Assembly (NCBI RefSeq): GCF_000009705.1
Contig: NC_003272.1
Span: 4,290,001-4,322,000, forward strand
DNA length: 32,000 nt
Reading direction: 5' to 3'
DNA from: Nostoc sp. PCC 7120 = FACHB-418
GTDB taxonomy: Bacteria; Cyanobacteriota; Cyanobacteriia; Cyanobacteriales; Nostocaceae
The stretch's first letter is position 1. Each line of letters begins with the position of its first letter. Made by a program: the position numbers and the translations under genes. Of the stretch, positions 8,709 to 18,387 are shown piece after piece. The notes beneath the pieces were generated by a model. It had not been told where the DNA came from. It was given only the letters and a program-made list of their open reading frames with translations, and searched no databases.

Positions 8709-10631
8709 ATGACCATGCACAATTCAGTGGAATTTCAAGACGCTTTTGATGTCATTGTCGTCGGTGCAGGTCACTCCGGTTGCGAAGCAGCACTTGCTAC
8801 TGCCCGCCTCGGCTGTCGTACCTTGTTACTGACGCTCAATTTGGATAAAATTGCTTGGCAACCTTGTAACCCTGCTGTGGGTGGGCCTGCCAAATCCCAG
8901 TTGACCCATGAGGTAGATGCCTTGGGTGGGGAAATTGGCAAGATGGCGGATCGCACATATCTGCAAAAGCGCATCCTCAACTCTTCACGAGGGCCTGCGG
9001 TGTGGGCATTACGCGCCCAAACTGACAAGCGGGAATATGCGGCTATTATGAAAAATATTGTTGAGAATCAAGAGAACTTGAGCATCCGCGAGAGTATGGT
9101 GACGGACTTGGTACTGGGTGCTAACGATGAAGTGATAGGTGTGGAAACTTACTTTGGCGTGGCTTTCCAGTGTAAAGCTGTAATTTTAACCACAGGTACA
9201 TTTCTGGGTGGGAAAATTTGGGTAGGGAACAAATCAATGCCAGCCGGACGTGCTGGGGAGTTTGCGGCTGAGGGATTAACCGAAACCCTAAATCGTTTGG
9301 GATTTGAAACTGGTAGGTTGAAAACTGGTACACCCGCGCGGGTAGATAAGCGGTCAGTAGATTACAGTAAGATGCAACTCCAGCCAGGGGATGCGGAAGT
9401 GCGTTGGTTTAGTTTTGACCCAGATGTGTGGGTGGAACGGGAACAGCTACCTTGTCACATGACCCGCACCACCCCCGAAACCCATCGCCTGATTCGAGAA
9501 AACTTGCACCTATCGCCTGTGTATGGTGGTTGGGTAGAAGCCAAAGGCCCCCGTTATTGCCCCAGTATAGAAGACAAAATTGTCCGCTTTGTTGATAAAG
9601 AAAGCCATCAAATCTTTATTGAACCAGAGGGACGGGATATTCCTGAATTATATATCCAAGGGTTTTCTACAGGGTTACCAGAAAATTTGCAACTACAGAT
9701 GCTACGTAGTCTCCCTGGGTTGGAAAATTGCGTAATGTTACGTCCAGCTTATGCTGTGGAATATGACTACTTACCCGCAACTCAGTGTTACCCCACACTG
9801 ATGACAAAGAAGATTGCTGGCTTGTTTTGTGCGGGACAGGTGAATGGTACAACCGGTTATGAAGAAGCCGCAGCCCAAGGCATTGTGGCCGGAATTAATG
9901 CGGCGCGGTTTGTTCGAGATGAGGAAATGATAGTTTTCCCCCGTGAACACAGTTACTTAGGAACTTTAGTTGATGACCTGTGTACAAAAGACCTCCGCGA
10001 ACCTTACCGGATGCTGACCAGTCGTTCCGAATATCGCTTGCTGCTGCGTTCTGATAACGCTGACCAGCGCCTAACTCCTTTAGGAAGGGAAATTGGCTTA
10101 ATAGATGACCGTCGTTGGCAAATGTTTACCCGCAAACAAGAGCAGATTACAGGTGAGAAAGAACGCCTGTATGCTACCAGGGTAAAAGAAAATGATGACG
10201 TAGGCAAGGCGATCGCCTCTAATACCCAACAAGCCATCAAAGGTTCAATCACCTTGGCTGACTTGCTGCGTCGCCCTGGGTTCCATTACGTAGACCTCGA
10301 TAGATATGGGTTAGGAAACCCCGAACTTACCCCAGCCGAAAAAGAAGGGGCGGAAATTGACATCAAATACTCTGGTTATCTCGCCAGGCAACAAAGCCAA
10401 ATCGAACAAATTGCCCGTCAAGCACAGCGCCAATTACCAGGAGATTTAGATTACACAACTGTTGACACCCTCTCCAAAGAAGCGCGGGAAAAACTTAATA
10501 AAGTCAAACCCTTGACTATTGGTCAAGCAGCCCGAATTGGTGGAGTCAATCCAGCCGATATCAACGCCTTATTAATTTATTTAGAATTGCGTCAAAGCAA
10601 GCACCAGAAAGGATTAGCCGTTTTACCTTAA
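8709..10631 (+). CDS. mnmG: tRNA uridine 5-carboxymethylaminomethyl modification enzyme MnmG (GidA)
   Basis: 640-aa ORF with the FAD-binding N-terminus [18 protein letters not shown] and family-typical blocks throughout ([27 protein letters not shown]). Confidence 0.95.
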   Translation: MTMHNSVEFQDAFDVIVVGAGHSGCEAALATARLGCRTLLLTLNLDKIAWQPCNPAVGGPAKSQLTHEVDALGGEIGKMADRTYLQKRILNSSRGPAVWALRAQTDKREYAAIMKNIVENQENLSIRESMVTDLVLGANDEVIGVETYFGVAFQCKAVILTTGTFLGGKIWVGNKSMPAGRAGEFAAEGLTETLNRLGFETGRLKTGTPARVDKRSVDYSKMQLQPGDAEVRWFSFDPDVWVEREQLPCHMTRTTPETHRLIRENLHLSPVYGGWVEAKGPRYCPSIEDKIVRFVDKESHQIFIEPEGRDIPELYIQGFSTGLPENLQLQMLRSLPGLENCVMLRPAYAVEYDYLPATQCYPTLMTKKIAGLFCAGQVNGTTGYEEAAAQGIVAGINAARFVRDEEMIVFPREHSYLGTLVDDLCTKDLREPYRMLTSRSEYRLLLRSDNADQRLTPLGREIGLIDDRRWQMFTRKQEQITGEKERLYATRVKENDDVGKAIASNTQQAIKGSITLADLLRRPGFHYVDLDRYGLGNPELTPAEKEGAEIDIKYSGYLARQQSQIEQIARQAQRQLPGDLDYTTVDTLSKEAREKLNKVKPLTIGQAARIGGVNPADINALLIYLELRQSKHQKGLAVLP

Positions 10632-10746
10632 CTTCATCTTCATCAAGGGTGAGTATAGTAGAGGGAGGGATGGGTATGATAGATGACAAGAATCCAGAAC
10701 TGACATCATCAACTGATCCCCGCTTTCGCGTTGGATTTAATACAAC

Positions 10747-10882
10747 TAGGGTTTTCGCATGAGAACAAAAATCAACGATTTGGAAAAGGGGCGCAGGGGT
10801 ATAGGGGTGTAGTGATTCAAAGTTTTTATGCCTTCATACCCTTACACCCCACCAGAACCAAGAGTCTCATTGCTTAAGTCCT
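10747..10882. mobile_element. MITE-like element, copy C (degenerate left end)
   Basis: Ends GCTTAAGTCCT. The internal GCATGAGAACAAAAATCAAC and CCCTTACACCCC segments match copy A. The left terminal repeat is eroded. Confidence 0.55.
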
Positions 10883-10955
10883 CACATATTTTAAAAATCC
10901 TGATTCCCAGGCAGTAGGGGCGGTGTTGCCCCATCCTGGCAGCTACTACCCTAAA

Positions 10956-12344
10956 ATGCTTATGTTACAAGAAGTTAGCACCCATCTCATTATTCCAGAA
11001 CCGTCAGAAGACCTGATTGTTAACGAGCCTTGGTCGATAGAATTTTATGCTGATGGCTTGATGGATGAACTTTTTGCTGATATCGACGAGATTCTTGATG
11101 TGAATCTGCCCCACCTGACTAACAGAAGAGGTAGACAAATACGCCAAGCATCTCCAGTCAGTAGGATGAATGAAACTGCCGCCAGTGATTGGTTCCTTAG
11201 TTCCAGCAACCCGTCTCATCACCAAACTTTAGAATATGAGCATTTGCAAACCCTAGATGTGCCGCAGATTGTTTTACCCAACTCACTCAATCGAGGTGTA
11301 CAGAGTGTATCCCCTGTCATTAGTAGACAGGGAGGTAAGGTTGTAGTTGAGTCTCAGTCTGTCAAACAGATGACGAAAATCCGTCAGCAAACTCAACTGA
11401 CCTTGGGCAAAATGTTGATTGTGGGGACAACCCTTGGTGTGGCGATCGCAGGTGTACTATATATATTGCAATCGGGTGTGTTAGTGCTGCTCACTTCCAA
11501 ACTCACCCAGCCAAATATTTATGTACCACAAGCGCAACTGCTTCCTCAACCAGATGTAAAGGGGGAGTTAGCTAACTATATGCTGGGAGCGCTGGCAATT
11601 ATAGATAAATCAGATATCCAAAATCAGCAACCGGCTCGTTCGGCAGTTGGCAGCAGAGTCACTTATAATCCCACAGCCTTAGGCTTAGACAACAGTCAGC
11701 CGCCGCTAGGTAATCTACCATCCCCTCTCACAGCTAACAATACATCGCCAGCACCTAGTCGTTCTAACGTTGTTGAGCGCATTTACATCCCTGTTTATCA
11801 AGCGCCCTTACCGATGCGCTACGCACCGCCAGCAATTCCTGGCTCTCCTTTACCACCAGTTGCGAATAATTCGGCCACGGGTCAACCCAACATCATGAAA
11901 AATACTTTAAGTCAAGTGCAACCAGCAGGCAAACCTGCAAGCGTTAATATGTTAGCGTCGGCTGTGCGTTCAGAACTCAAACCTGTAGCTGTACGCAACG
12001 CACCAATTAATATCCAACCAGCGCCTAAATTACTTCCAAACTTACCTGTCGTTCCATTTGGTACAAGTCTACCGAAACAGCCTAACACTGGTGGAGAAGC
12101 TGTACCTGTGGCATCGCTCACCGTGAATGCACCTGCACCAGCCCCTATCCACACCCTAGAAGGCTTATTAGAGTTGGGAAATAAATCTGTTGCCTTATTT
12201 CAAGTTAATGGTACTAGCCGCCGTGTCAACATTGGTGAAACTATTGGTGCTAGCGGTTGGACTTTAGTTGATGTCAATAATGGTGAAGCTATAGTTCGGC
12301 GTAATGGTGAAGTGCGATCAATCTATGCTGGGCAGAAACTATAA
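10956..12344 (+). CDS. Hypothetical protein: acidic N-terminus, one TM helix, long Pro/Gln/Asn-rich linker, small C-terminal beta-rich domain
   Basis: The ORF in the track starts at GTG 10923; ATG at 10956 is the more likely start. The TM segment is LIVGTTLGVAIAGVLYIL. The C-terminal roughly 65 aa read LLELGNKSVALFQVNGTSRRVNIGETIGASGWTLVDVNNGEAIVRRNGEV. Confidence 0.6.
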   Translation: MLMLQEVSTHLIIPEPSEDLIVNEPWSIEFYADGLMDELFADIDEILDVNLPHLTNRRGRQIRQASPVSRMNETAASDWFLSSSNPSHHQTLEYEHLQTLDVPQIVLPNSLNRGVQSVSPVISRQGGKVVVESQSVKQMTKIRQQTQLTLGKMLIVGTTLGVAIAGVLYILQSGVLVLLTSKLTQPNIYVPQAQLLPQPDVKGELANYMLGALAIIDKSDIQNQQPARSAVGSRVTYNPTALGLDNSQPPLGNLPSPLTANNTSPAPSRSNVVERIYIPVYQAPLPMRYAPPAIPGSPLPPVANNSATGQPNIMKNTLSQVQPAGKPASVNMLASAVRSELKPVAVRNAPINIQPAPKLLPNLPVVPFGTSLPKQPNTGGEAVPVASLTVNAPAPAPIHTLEGLLELGNKSVALFQVNGTSRRVNIGETIGASGWTLVDVNNGEAIVRRNGEVRSIYAGQKL

Positions 12345-14216
12345 TTGGTTAACCTGATTTGATGTCATGGGCAACGTAAACCAGAATGTAGCCCCTTTCT
12401 CTAAACCACTTTTTACCCCAATTTCACCGCCGTGAGCAGTGATGATTTGCTTACATAGGTATAAACCCAAGCCTAAACCCAAGGAATTACGAATACTACC
12501 ACCCCGAAAATAAAGGTCAAATAACCGATCGCTCTGTTGTTGACTGATGCCTACACCGTTATCATTGACAGTGCAGTAAATTTCGTCATCTTGGGGAATA
12601 GCATTGATTGTTAGGTGTAATCCAGGGGGATTATGCTTGATGGCATTGACGATGAAGTTAGAAAACACTCGCCATACTTGCGTAGGATCGGCATTTACTA
12701 ATGGTAAATCTGCGGTGACTAAATTTATCAAAGTGGCTTGATTATCTACCAACATGGGTTCTAAATCTGCGATCGCCGCTTCTACCACCATCTGTAATTG
12801 TACAGGCTGACATTGCAAGCTCAAACCCTGCACCTCACCAATATGGGCTTCTAATAAAGAGTTAATCAGATTGAGTTGGCGATCGCTACTTTGCACCATC
12901 CGCTTTAAAATTGAGCGAGGGACAGGGATTGGGGATTGGGGACTGGGGATTGGGGACTGGGGACTGGGCGAAAATCTTGCAGTCAGTTCTCCCCCTGCCT
13001 CCTCTGCTTTCCCTGCTTCCCCTGCCTCGTCATTAAGTAAATTCCTCAACACCATCAAAGTCCCTAAAACTGGGTTACGTAAGTCATGGGACACCGCATG
13101 GAAAAAGACCCTCAGTGCTTCTTGGGCTTGTTTGCGTTGGGTAATATCTTCAACCAACCCTTCGTAGTAAAGGAGATTTCCTTGTTCGTCACGAACGGCG
13201 TAGGCTTTTTCGGAAATCCAGACAACGCTGCCATCTTGACGATAAATCTGTGACTCAAATTCTGGAGCTAATCCAGATTCTTCCATCAACCGGACAAATT
13301 CGGCTCGGCGTTTAGGGTCAACGTATAATTGATGCTCAATATCCGTAAAATTTTCTGTTACTTCTTCGGGAGAAGTGTAACCATAAATACGTGCTAAAGC
13401 AGGATTTGCTGTAATGTAACGTCCATCAGGGCTACTTTGAAAAATACCTTCAATGGCATTTTCAAAGATGCTGCGATATTTCGCTTCTGCTAGCCGTAAT
13501 TTATTGTTGGCTGACTCTAGTTCTTTGCGGGCGTAAAATTCAGAGCGTTGCAGGCGATCGTATAAGTAAACCCCTAAATCACATATAATACAAAACCAAA
13601 AGATGTAGAGAATAAACGTAACATTATATATTTCTGGATGGTTCGGTGCAGGTGTACTGAGCCTCAAAGCTGTGTTCACACCAAAGTAGTAAACTAAAAT
13701 CCCTAGCTGACAAACTAAATGCAGAGTCCAGCGCACAGGCATAAGTGTAGCTTGACTTAAAAATAGTAATGACCAGCCAAGGGTATCGGGTAAGGCAAAA
13801 CCTTTAAGGGTGGCAAATAACTGTGATGCTAAACTCAACGACCAAGATGAGCCTAAAAATAGAATACCTGGATGGCGATGACCAAACCGTGTTTTATGCA
13901 GGGTAAAACAAACCAGCAGGCTCAATAACATAGCTGCATTGATCATTAGCCCTTGAGTTCTCAAAACCTGGGGTAGTGCCTTCAACTCCCGGAGGGGAAA
14001 AAATAGGTCGTACACATTTCTGAGGGTAAATGTCAATAGACAACCTAGTACTAGCCATAACCACAGATGTAGCCTCTGCCATAAAAAACGTTGTCTATTT
14101 ACCAGCCATTCCTGTTGTTGAGAGCGATTTTGGTAAACAGTGGTGATTTCATCTAACGTGAGTGCAGACAGAGTCTTTCTCCACAACCTCTGCAATTTGA
14201 TCAAAAAGGTAGTCAT
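12339..14216 (-). CDS. Membrane sensor histidine kinase (multi-TM N-terminus, PAS, HisKA, HATPase_c)
   Basis: 625-aa ORF. H box HAVSHDLRNPV, N box KHNPPG, G1 DNGVGIS, G2 GLGLGLGLY. The PAS-like region reads YRSIFENAIEGIFQSSPDGRY. The low-complexity insert [18 protein letters not shown] lies after the H box. Confidence 0.9.
   Translation of the reverse strand: MTTFLIKLQRLWRKTLSALTLDEITTVYQNRSQQQEWLVNRQRFLWQRLHLWLWLVLGCLLTFTLRNVYDLFFPLRELKALPQVLRTQGLMINAAMLLSLLVCFTLHKTRFGHRHPGILFLGSSWSLSLASQLFATLKGFALPDTLGWSLLFLSQATLMPVRWTLHLVCQLGILVYYFGVNTALRLSTPAPNHPEIYNVTFILYIFWFCIICDLGVYLYDRLQRSEFYARKELESANNKLRLAEAKYRSIFENAIEGIFQSSPDGRYITANPALARIYGYTSPEEVTENFTDIEHQLYVDPKRRAEFVRLMEESGLAPEFESQIYRQDGSVVWISEKAYAVRDEQGNLLYYEGLVEDITQRKQAQEALRVFFHAVSHDLRNPVLGTLMVLRNLLNDEAGEAGKAEEAGGELTARFSPSPQSPIPSPQSPIPVPRSILKRMVQSSDRQLNLINSLLEAHIGEVQGLSLQCQPVQLQMVVEAAIADLEPMLVDNQATLINLVTADLPLVNADPTQVWRVFSNFIVNAIKHNPPGLHLTINAIPQDDEIYCTVNDNGVGISQQQSDRLFDLYFRGGSIRNSLGLGLGLYLCKQIITAHGGEIGVKSGLEKGATFWFTLPMTSNQVNQL
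12924..12968. repeat. STRR heptamer array (GGGGAYT on + strand, CCCCAGT/CCCCAAT-type), about 6 units, inside the kinase CDS
   Basis: Read directly: aGGGATT GGGGATT GGGGACT GGGGATT GGGGACT GGGGACT ggg. It is followed by the C/T-rich motif CCCCTGCCTCCTCTGCTTTCCCTGCTTCCCCTGCC, which also occurs in non-coding DNA at about 21985-22030. Confidence 0.9.
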
Positions 14217-14334
14217 GAGAGCCTTACCAACTTCACCTATACGATTGTAGGTGTTTCCTATTTGCAGACTTTCATAATACCAATTCTGCTTTTACGTTGA
14301 ACAATTCATCGTGAGGGCTGTTGACGGTTGACAG

Positions 14335-15720
14335 TTAACTACTTGAAGGCAGTGTAAACCAGAAGGTTAGCCCTTGCCGAGGATTACTGGTGGCACCAAT
14401 TTTTCCGCCATGTGCTTGAATAAATTGCTGACACAGGTACATTTTTAAGCAAATTGCTGTGGAACAGGGGGCTTGCGGATCACGGATTTGTAGATCGAAG
14501 AGGCGATCGCACTCTGACTTACTTATTGCGACACCATTATCTTGAATCAGAGTCCGAATCATGCCATCTTCTACTGTGGTTTTGACCGTAAATTTCAACC
14601 CTGGGGGGTTGTGTTGCAAACTATAACTAAACAAACTCATCACAACTTTCTCAAACCGAGCTTGATCAACCATCACCAAAGGTAAGCCCTCAGGAATTAA
14701 GTTCTTGCAAGTTGCCTGATTTTCTCTCAAGAGTGGTTGTAAGTCTGTGATGATCTTTTCCAGCAGTCCGCCAAATAGGACGAGTTCCGGATGCAGGGTT
14801 AATTCTTTTTCCTCACAGGAGTGGATTTCTAACAAAGAATCTAGCATTCCCAATTGCCGATTATTACCTTGAATCATGCGATCGATAGTAGAACGTGGCA
14901 CGGAAATGAGGGATTGGGGGTTGGGGACTGGGGACTGGGGGTTGGGTAAAGGGGATTGGGGATTGGGAATCGTACTTTCTTCTAGTCCATGTTCACTGTT
15001 TCCTTTATTTTCCCGACTTCCTACTTTCCACTCGCCACTCCCTATTTCCAAATTCTCTAACACCATCAGATTACCAATCACCGAAGTACGTAAATCATGG
15101 GCTACGGTATGCAAGACAACATTTTTTATCCGTTGAATTTCTTCTAGTTCCCGCATTTTTTGTTGTAATTCGGCGGTGCGTTCTTCTACCTGATGTTCTA
15201 AATTGGTGTTGAGGTCTGCTAGTTCTTGATATGTCAGCAGTAATTTGGCTTCTGTTTGTTTCCGTTCTGTGATATCTCGAACAATAGCTAAGACTTCATC
15301 CGTCCCACTCACTACCAAACGTGCCTCATAATCTCGCATTTCTAAAGGTGTTGGCAACTGATATTCACAAGTTTGCAAAGTTCCTGTGTCCAAGGTTTTA
15401 GTAATGATTCCTTGAATAATTGTGGCAACATCAGTTGGTAAGATATTTTGGATATTTTTACCAGTGAACTCTTCCCCAGGGCAAGGGAGATTTGCAACTT
15501 CTCCATTCAAAGATAAAAAATTACCATCACGGCTGAGGCGAAAGATAAAATCAGGAATAGCATTTAATATAGCTTGATATTGTGCTTCAGTAGCCTGCAA
15601 GCGATTAATTAGCTGTTGTTGATCTTGTTGATGTCGTGCTTTTACAGTTTCATCCACTCTCTGTGCCTTTGATGTACCAGCAAATGAATTACAGTTAACA
15701 ATGATCATAGCTACTTTCAC
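14335..15720 (-). CDS. Soluble PAS histidine-kinase paralogue with degenerate ATP-binding boxes (start uncertain: GTG 15720 or ATG 15708)
   Basis: 461-aa ORF. H box HTVAHDLRTSV and N box QHNPPG are present. G1 reads DNGVAIS, and the G2 position reads STAICLKMY instead of GxGxG. The same repeat-derived insert (NPQSPLPNPQSPVPNPQS) lies after the H box. Confidence 0.85.
   Translation of the reverse strand: MKVAMIIVNCNSFAGTSKAQRVDETVKARHQQDQQQLINRLQATEAQYQAILNAIPDFIFRLSRDGNFLSLNGEVANLPCPGEEFTGKNIQNILPTDVATIIQGIITKTLDTGTLQTCEYQLPTPLEMRDYEARLVVSGTDEVLAIVRDITERKQTEAKLLLTYQELADLNTNLEHQVEERTAELQQKMRELEEIQRIKNVVLHTVAHDLRTSVIGNLMVLENLEIGSGEWKVGSRENKGNSEHGLEESTIPNPQSPLPNPQSPVPNPQSLISVPRSTIDRMIQGNNRQLGMLDSLLEIHSCEEKELTLHPELVLFGGLLEKIITDLQPLLRENQATCKNLIPEGLPLVMVDQARFEKVVMSLFSYSLQHNPPGLKFTVKTTVEDGMIRTLIQDNGVAISKSECDRLFDLQIRDPQAPCSTAICLKMYLCQQFIQAHGGKIGATSNPRQGLTFWFTLPSSS
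14909..14971. repeat. STRR heptamer array, about 9 units, inside the second kinase CDS
   Basis: Read directly: aGGGATT GGGGGTT GGGGACT GGGGACT GGGGGTT GGGTAAA GGGGATT GGGGATT GGGAATC. Confidence 0.9.
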
Positions 15721-16104
15721 GGTTTTTGCAGAGTTTTGATGCCCTGGGTCTGATTTTTAATCGCACTTTGACTGCTTCTTACTTCAGGTTAATTCCTGCT
15801 GGAGCGATCGCATTCACCCAATCGGGTGAACCATCGATTCTTCGGTCAATCTCTTGTTAGGTAATGTAGTACTTATAAAACAATGTCTTATAACCTAGCA
15901 GTATTGATGAAGTTAGATGCCAGACTGCTTCAACAAATTCGGAATTTCCAGTCAATTCAAGAATATGAATCAATTCAAAATTCAAAATAAAATAAAACCT
16001 ACTATTAACGCCGATAAGTGAGTTTAAAATTTAAATTTGGACACAAGTATGAGATAATTGACTTTATGTAAATTTATAATTTATAGATAAGTCAAGATAA
16101 AGTA

Positions 16105-17160
16105 ATGGCTCAAAAATTGCCTATTAATTCAAATATCAACTCTTCTCATCAGGTTCCTATATTTCGCACAGCCAAGCCTAGTAATGAGTTCTACAAAGTT
16201 TTTTCAGAAGCAGAAATTTTAGGCATAATTCATGCTCTAGAATCCAGGCGGGAAATACCTCTGAAGTATTCATACAAAGGGCAAGGCGCAAAAATCTGGG
16301 ATAGTTTTTATCTAAAATATATCGTCCCTACATGGTATCGAACATCAAACGTGGAGATTGATTTACTAAAAAGTAATTTTGCATATTTAAATGGTGATTA
16401 TCAGCAGTGCGACAAAGTTAATATCATAGATGTGGGTGCGGGTAACGCATATCCTGTAAAAGCATTTATTGGTAAACTGAAAAAATTAGGTAGAATTGAT
16501 AAATACATCGCCTTAGATATTAGTGATGAACTACTTAATGTCTCTAGCAAGAATTTTAAAAAATGGTTTCCTTTAATTGACTATATAAATTATGCAATTG
16601 ATATAGAAAATAATATAATTCCCGAAAGTCTAGTCAAAAACCAACGCGAAAATACAGCTAATATATTTTTACATCTAGGTGTTACAATCGCCAATCATCA
16701 CGATAGACATCAAGTATTCCAACATTTTCGAGACAGCATGGCGAAAAATGATTTACTAGTCTTTACAAATGAGATTGGTTCTAATTCTCAATGGGATGGC
16801 ATAGCTAGGGGTGGTTGTAAATATCATGCAGACCAAGTGTATAGATGGATTACAAATAATCTGGGGATGAAAGCAGAAGATTGTGAACTGGTGAGAAAAT
16901 ATGATCCAGCAAAAGATAGTATAGTTGCTAACCTAAAATTACAGCAGAATTACACAATCAATTTTAGTTATTTAGGAATAGATAAGAGTTTAGAAATATC
17001 TGCGGGTGAGGAAATCACTATTTGGCGACATCATAAGTTTGAAATACCCACCCTCATACAAGAAATCGAACAAGCCGGGCTAAAACTCGTAAATTATAGT
17101 ACTAATAAATATTCATCACATCTCATGGTGATTTGTGAGGCAAGCAGTAACAATGCCTAA
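16105..17160 (+). CDS. SAM-dependent methyltransferase of the EgtD-like (histidine N-alpha-methyltransferase) fold, divergent
   Basis: 351-aa ORF. Blocks are collinear with my recollection of EgtD: IPLKYSYKGQGAKIWDSF, WYRTSNVEIDLL, IIDVGAGNAYP (SAM glycine loop), YIALDISDELL, FLHLGVTIANH, GEEITIWRHHKF...IEQAGL. The gene and its upstream region are visibly more AT-rich than the neighbours. Confidence 0.65.
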   Translation: MAQKLPINSNINSSHQVPIFRTAKPSNEFYKVFSEAEILGIIHALESRREIPLKYSYKGQGAKIWDSFYLKYIVPTWYRTSNVEIDLLKSNFAYLNGDYQQCDKVNIIDVGAGNAYPVKAFIGKLKKLGRIDKYIALDISDELLNVSSKNFKKWFPLIDYINYAIDIENNIIPESLVKNQRENTANIFLHLGVTIANHHDRHQVFQHFRDSMAKNDLLVFTNEIGSNSQWDGIARGGCKYHADQVYRWITNNLGMKAEDCELVRKYDPAKDSIVANLKLQQNYTINFSYLGIDKSLEISAGEEITIWRHHKFEIPTLIQEIEQAGLKLVNYSTNKYSSHLMVICEASSNNA

Positions 17161-17339
17161 AATTCTGTATTCCTGTAAAGGTAGTGCGTAGGTGCGGCCA
17201 GATCGTGCATTAGAAAAAATTGTAAGATCGCTCACCTTTGTACTTGATGATAAATCAAAACTTAGCCTATGGTTTGCTTTTGGTAGGAATGTTATCACAG
17301 AGAGTGCGATCGCTTAGTCCATGTCACATATCCGCATGA

Positions 17340-18383
17340 CTAAACCACCGCTTGTTGTGAGGATTTAGTTAAAACATGAGGAGCAAAAGCACCATTCTCG
17401 GTAATGATGGCTGTAATTAACTCTGCTGGGGTGACATCAAAAGCGGGATTGTAGAATTTCACGCCTGGAGGTGTCAAAGTAGTATCACCGACTTGATAAA
17501 TTTCTACTGGGTTGCGTTCTTCAATGGGGATTTGACTACCATCAGCTAATTCAAAATCAATTGTAGAGACAGGCGCAGCGACGAAGAAAGGAACATTATG
17601 TGCTTTGGCGACTATAGCTAAACTATAAGTGCCGATTTTATTTGCAGCATCACCATTAGCCGCAATTCGATCCGCACCCACAACAACAGCATGAATTAAA
17701 CCCTGTTTCATGCAATGGGCTGCCATATTATCAGTAATTAGCGTTACGGGAATACCTTCTTGCACACATTCCCAAGTGGTAAGTTTTGCACCTTGCAGAC
17801 GTGGACGGGTTTCATCAGCAAACAACCTTTCTAAACGCCCTTCTCGCCAAGCTGAACGGACAACCCCCAAGGCTGTACCATAACCAGCAGTAGCTAAAGC
17901 CCCTGCATTACAATGGGTCAGCAATGTCAGCTTTTCTGGTGTTTTGGGTAAGATAGCCAAGCCATTGTCACCGATCGCCTGACAAGTTTGCAAGTCTTCT
18001 GCGTTGATGGCTTGGGCAGTTTGTAAGAGATTTTCTTTAATTTGGGCGACTGTTCCTAAAGTCTTATAGGCAGTTTTCTGCATCCTACTAATTGCCCAAA
18101 ATAAATTGACGGCTGTGGGACGGGTAGCCCGTAATAACTGTGCTACTTTTTCTAATTCTTGCAAAAACTCCTGGCGTTCGCCTGTCTCAATTTCCCTCGC
18201 CCCCAAATACATCCCATAAGCCGCCGCCACGCCAATCGCAGGCGCACCCCGGACAATCATAGTTTGAATCGCCCGCGCCATATCTTCACTACGGTGAATT
18301 TCTACAACTGCATACTCATTGGGTAAACGAGTTTGGTCAATTAGTAAGACACAATTATTTTGCCAAATAACGGGGTAAATCAT
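17340..18383 (-). CDS. mtnA: S-methyl-5-thioribose-1-phosphate isomerase (methionine salvage)
   Basis: 347-aa [15 protein letters not shown]...[16 protein letters not shown] and the rest are typical of the eIF-2B-like MtnA family. Confidence 0.9.
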   Translation of the reverse strand: MIYPVIWQNNCVLLIDQTRLPNEYAVVEIHRSEDMARAIQTMIVRGAPAIGVAAAYGMYLGAREIETGERQEFLQELEKVAQLLRATRPTAVNLFWAISRMQKTAYKTLGTVAQIKENLLQTAQAINAEDLQTCQAIGDNGLAILPKTPEKLTLLTHCNAGALATAGYGTALGVVRSAWREGRLERLFADETRPRLQGAKLTTWECVQEGIPVTLITDNMAAHCMKQGLIHAVVVGADRIAANGDAANKIGTYSLAIVAKAHNVPFFVAAPVSTIDFELADGSQIPIEERNPVEIYQVGDTTLTPPGVKFYNPAFDVTPAELITAIITENGAFAPHVLTKSSQQAVV

Positions 18384-18387
18384 AGAT

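Noticed and set aside
8771-10252. Minus-strand ORFs inside mnmG (8771-9028, 9121-9333, 9667-9852, 10004-10252). Similar internal ORFs occur in the antiporter gene (18564-20471), cofG (27311-27727), mntA (28948-29205), the 841-aa gene (5329-5634), the 473-aa gene (11004-11225, 11912-12154) and the first kinase (13894-14082)
   Set aside because: They are shadow ORFs within well-supported genes.
12871-13167. 98-aa + strand ORF with [15 protein letters not shown] repeats; similar ORFs at 14876-15136 (+) and 21901-22095 (-)
   Set aside because: These are read-throughs of the STRR heptamer arrays. Two lie antisense to well-supported histidine kinase genes and one lies in the ppa-panD spacer. Nothing supports them except the open frame that the repeat itself creates.
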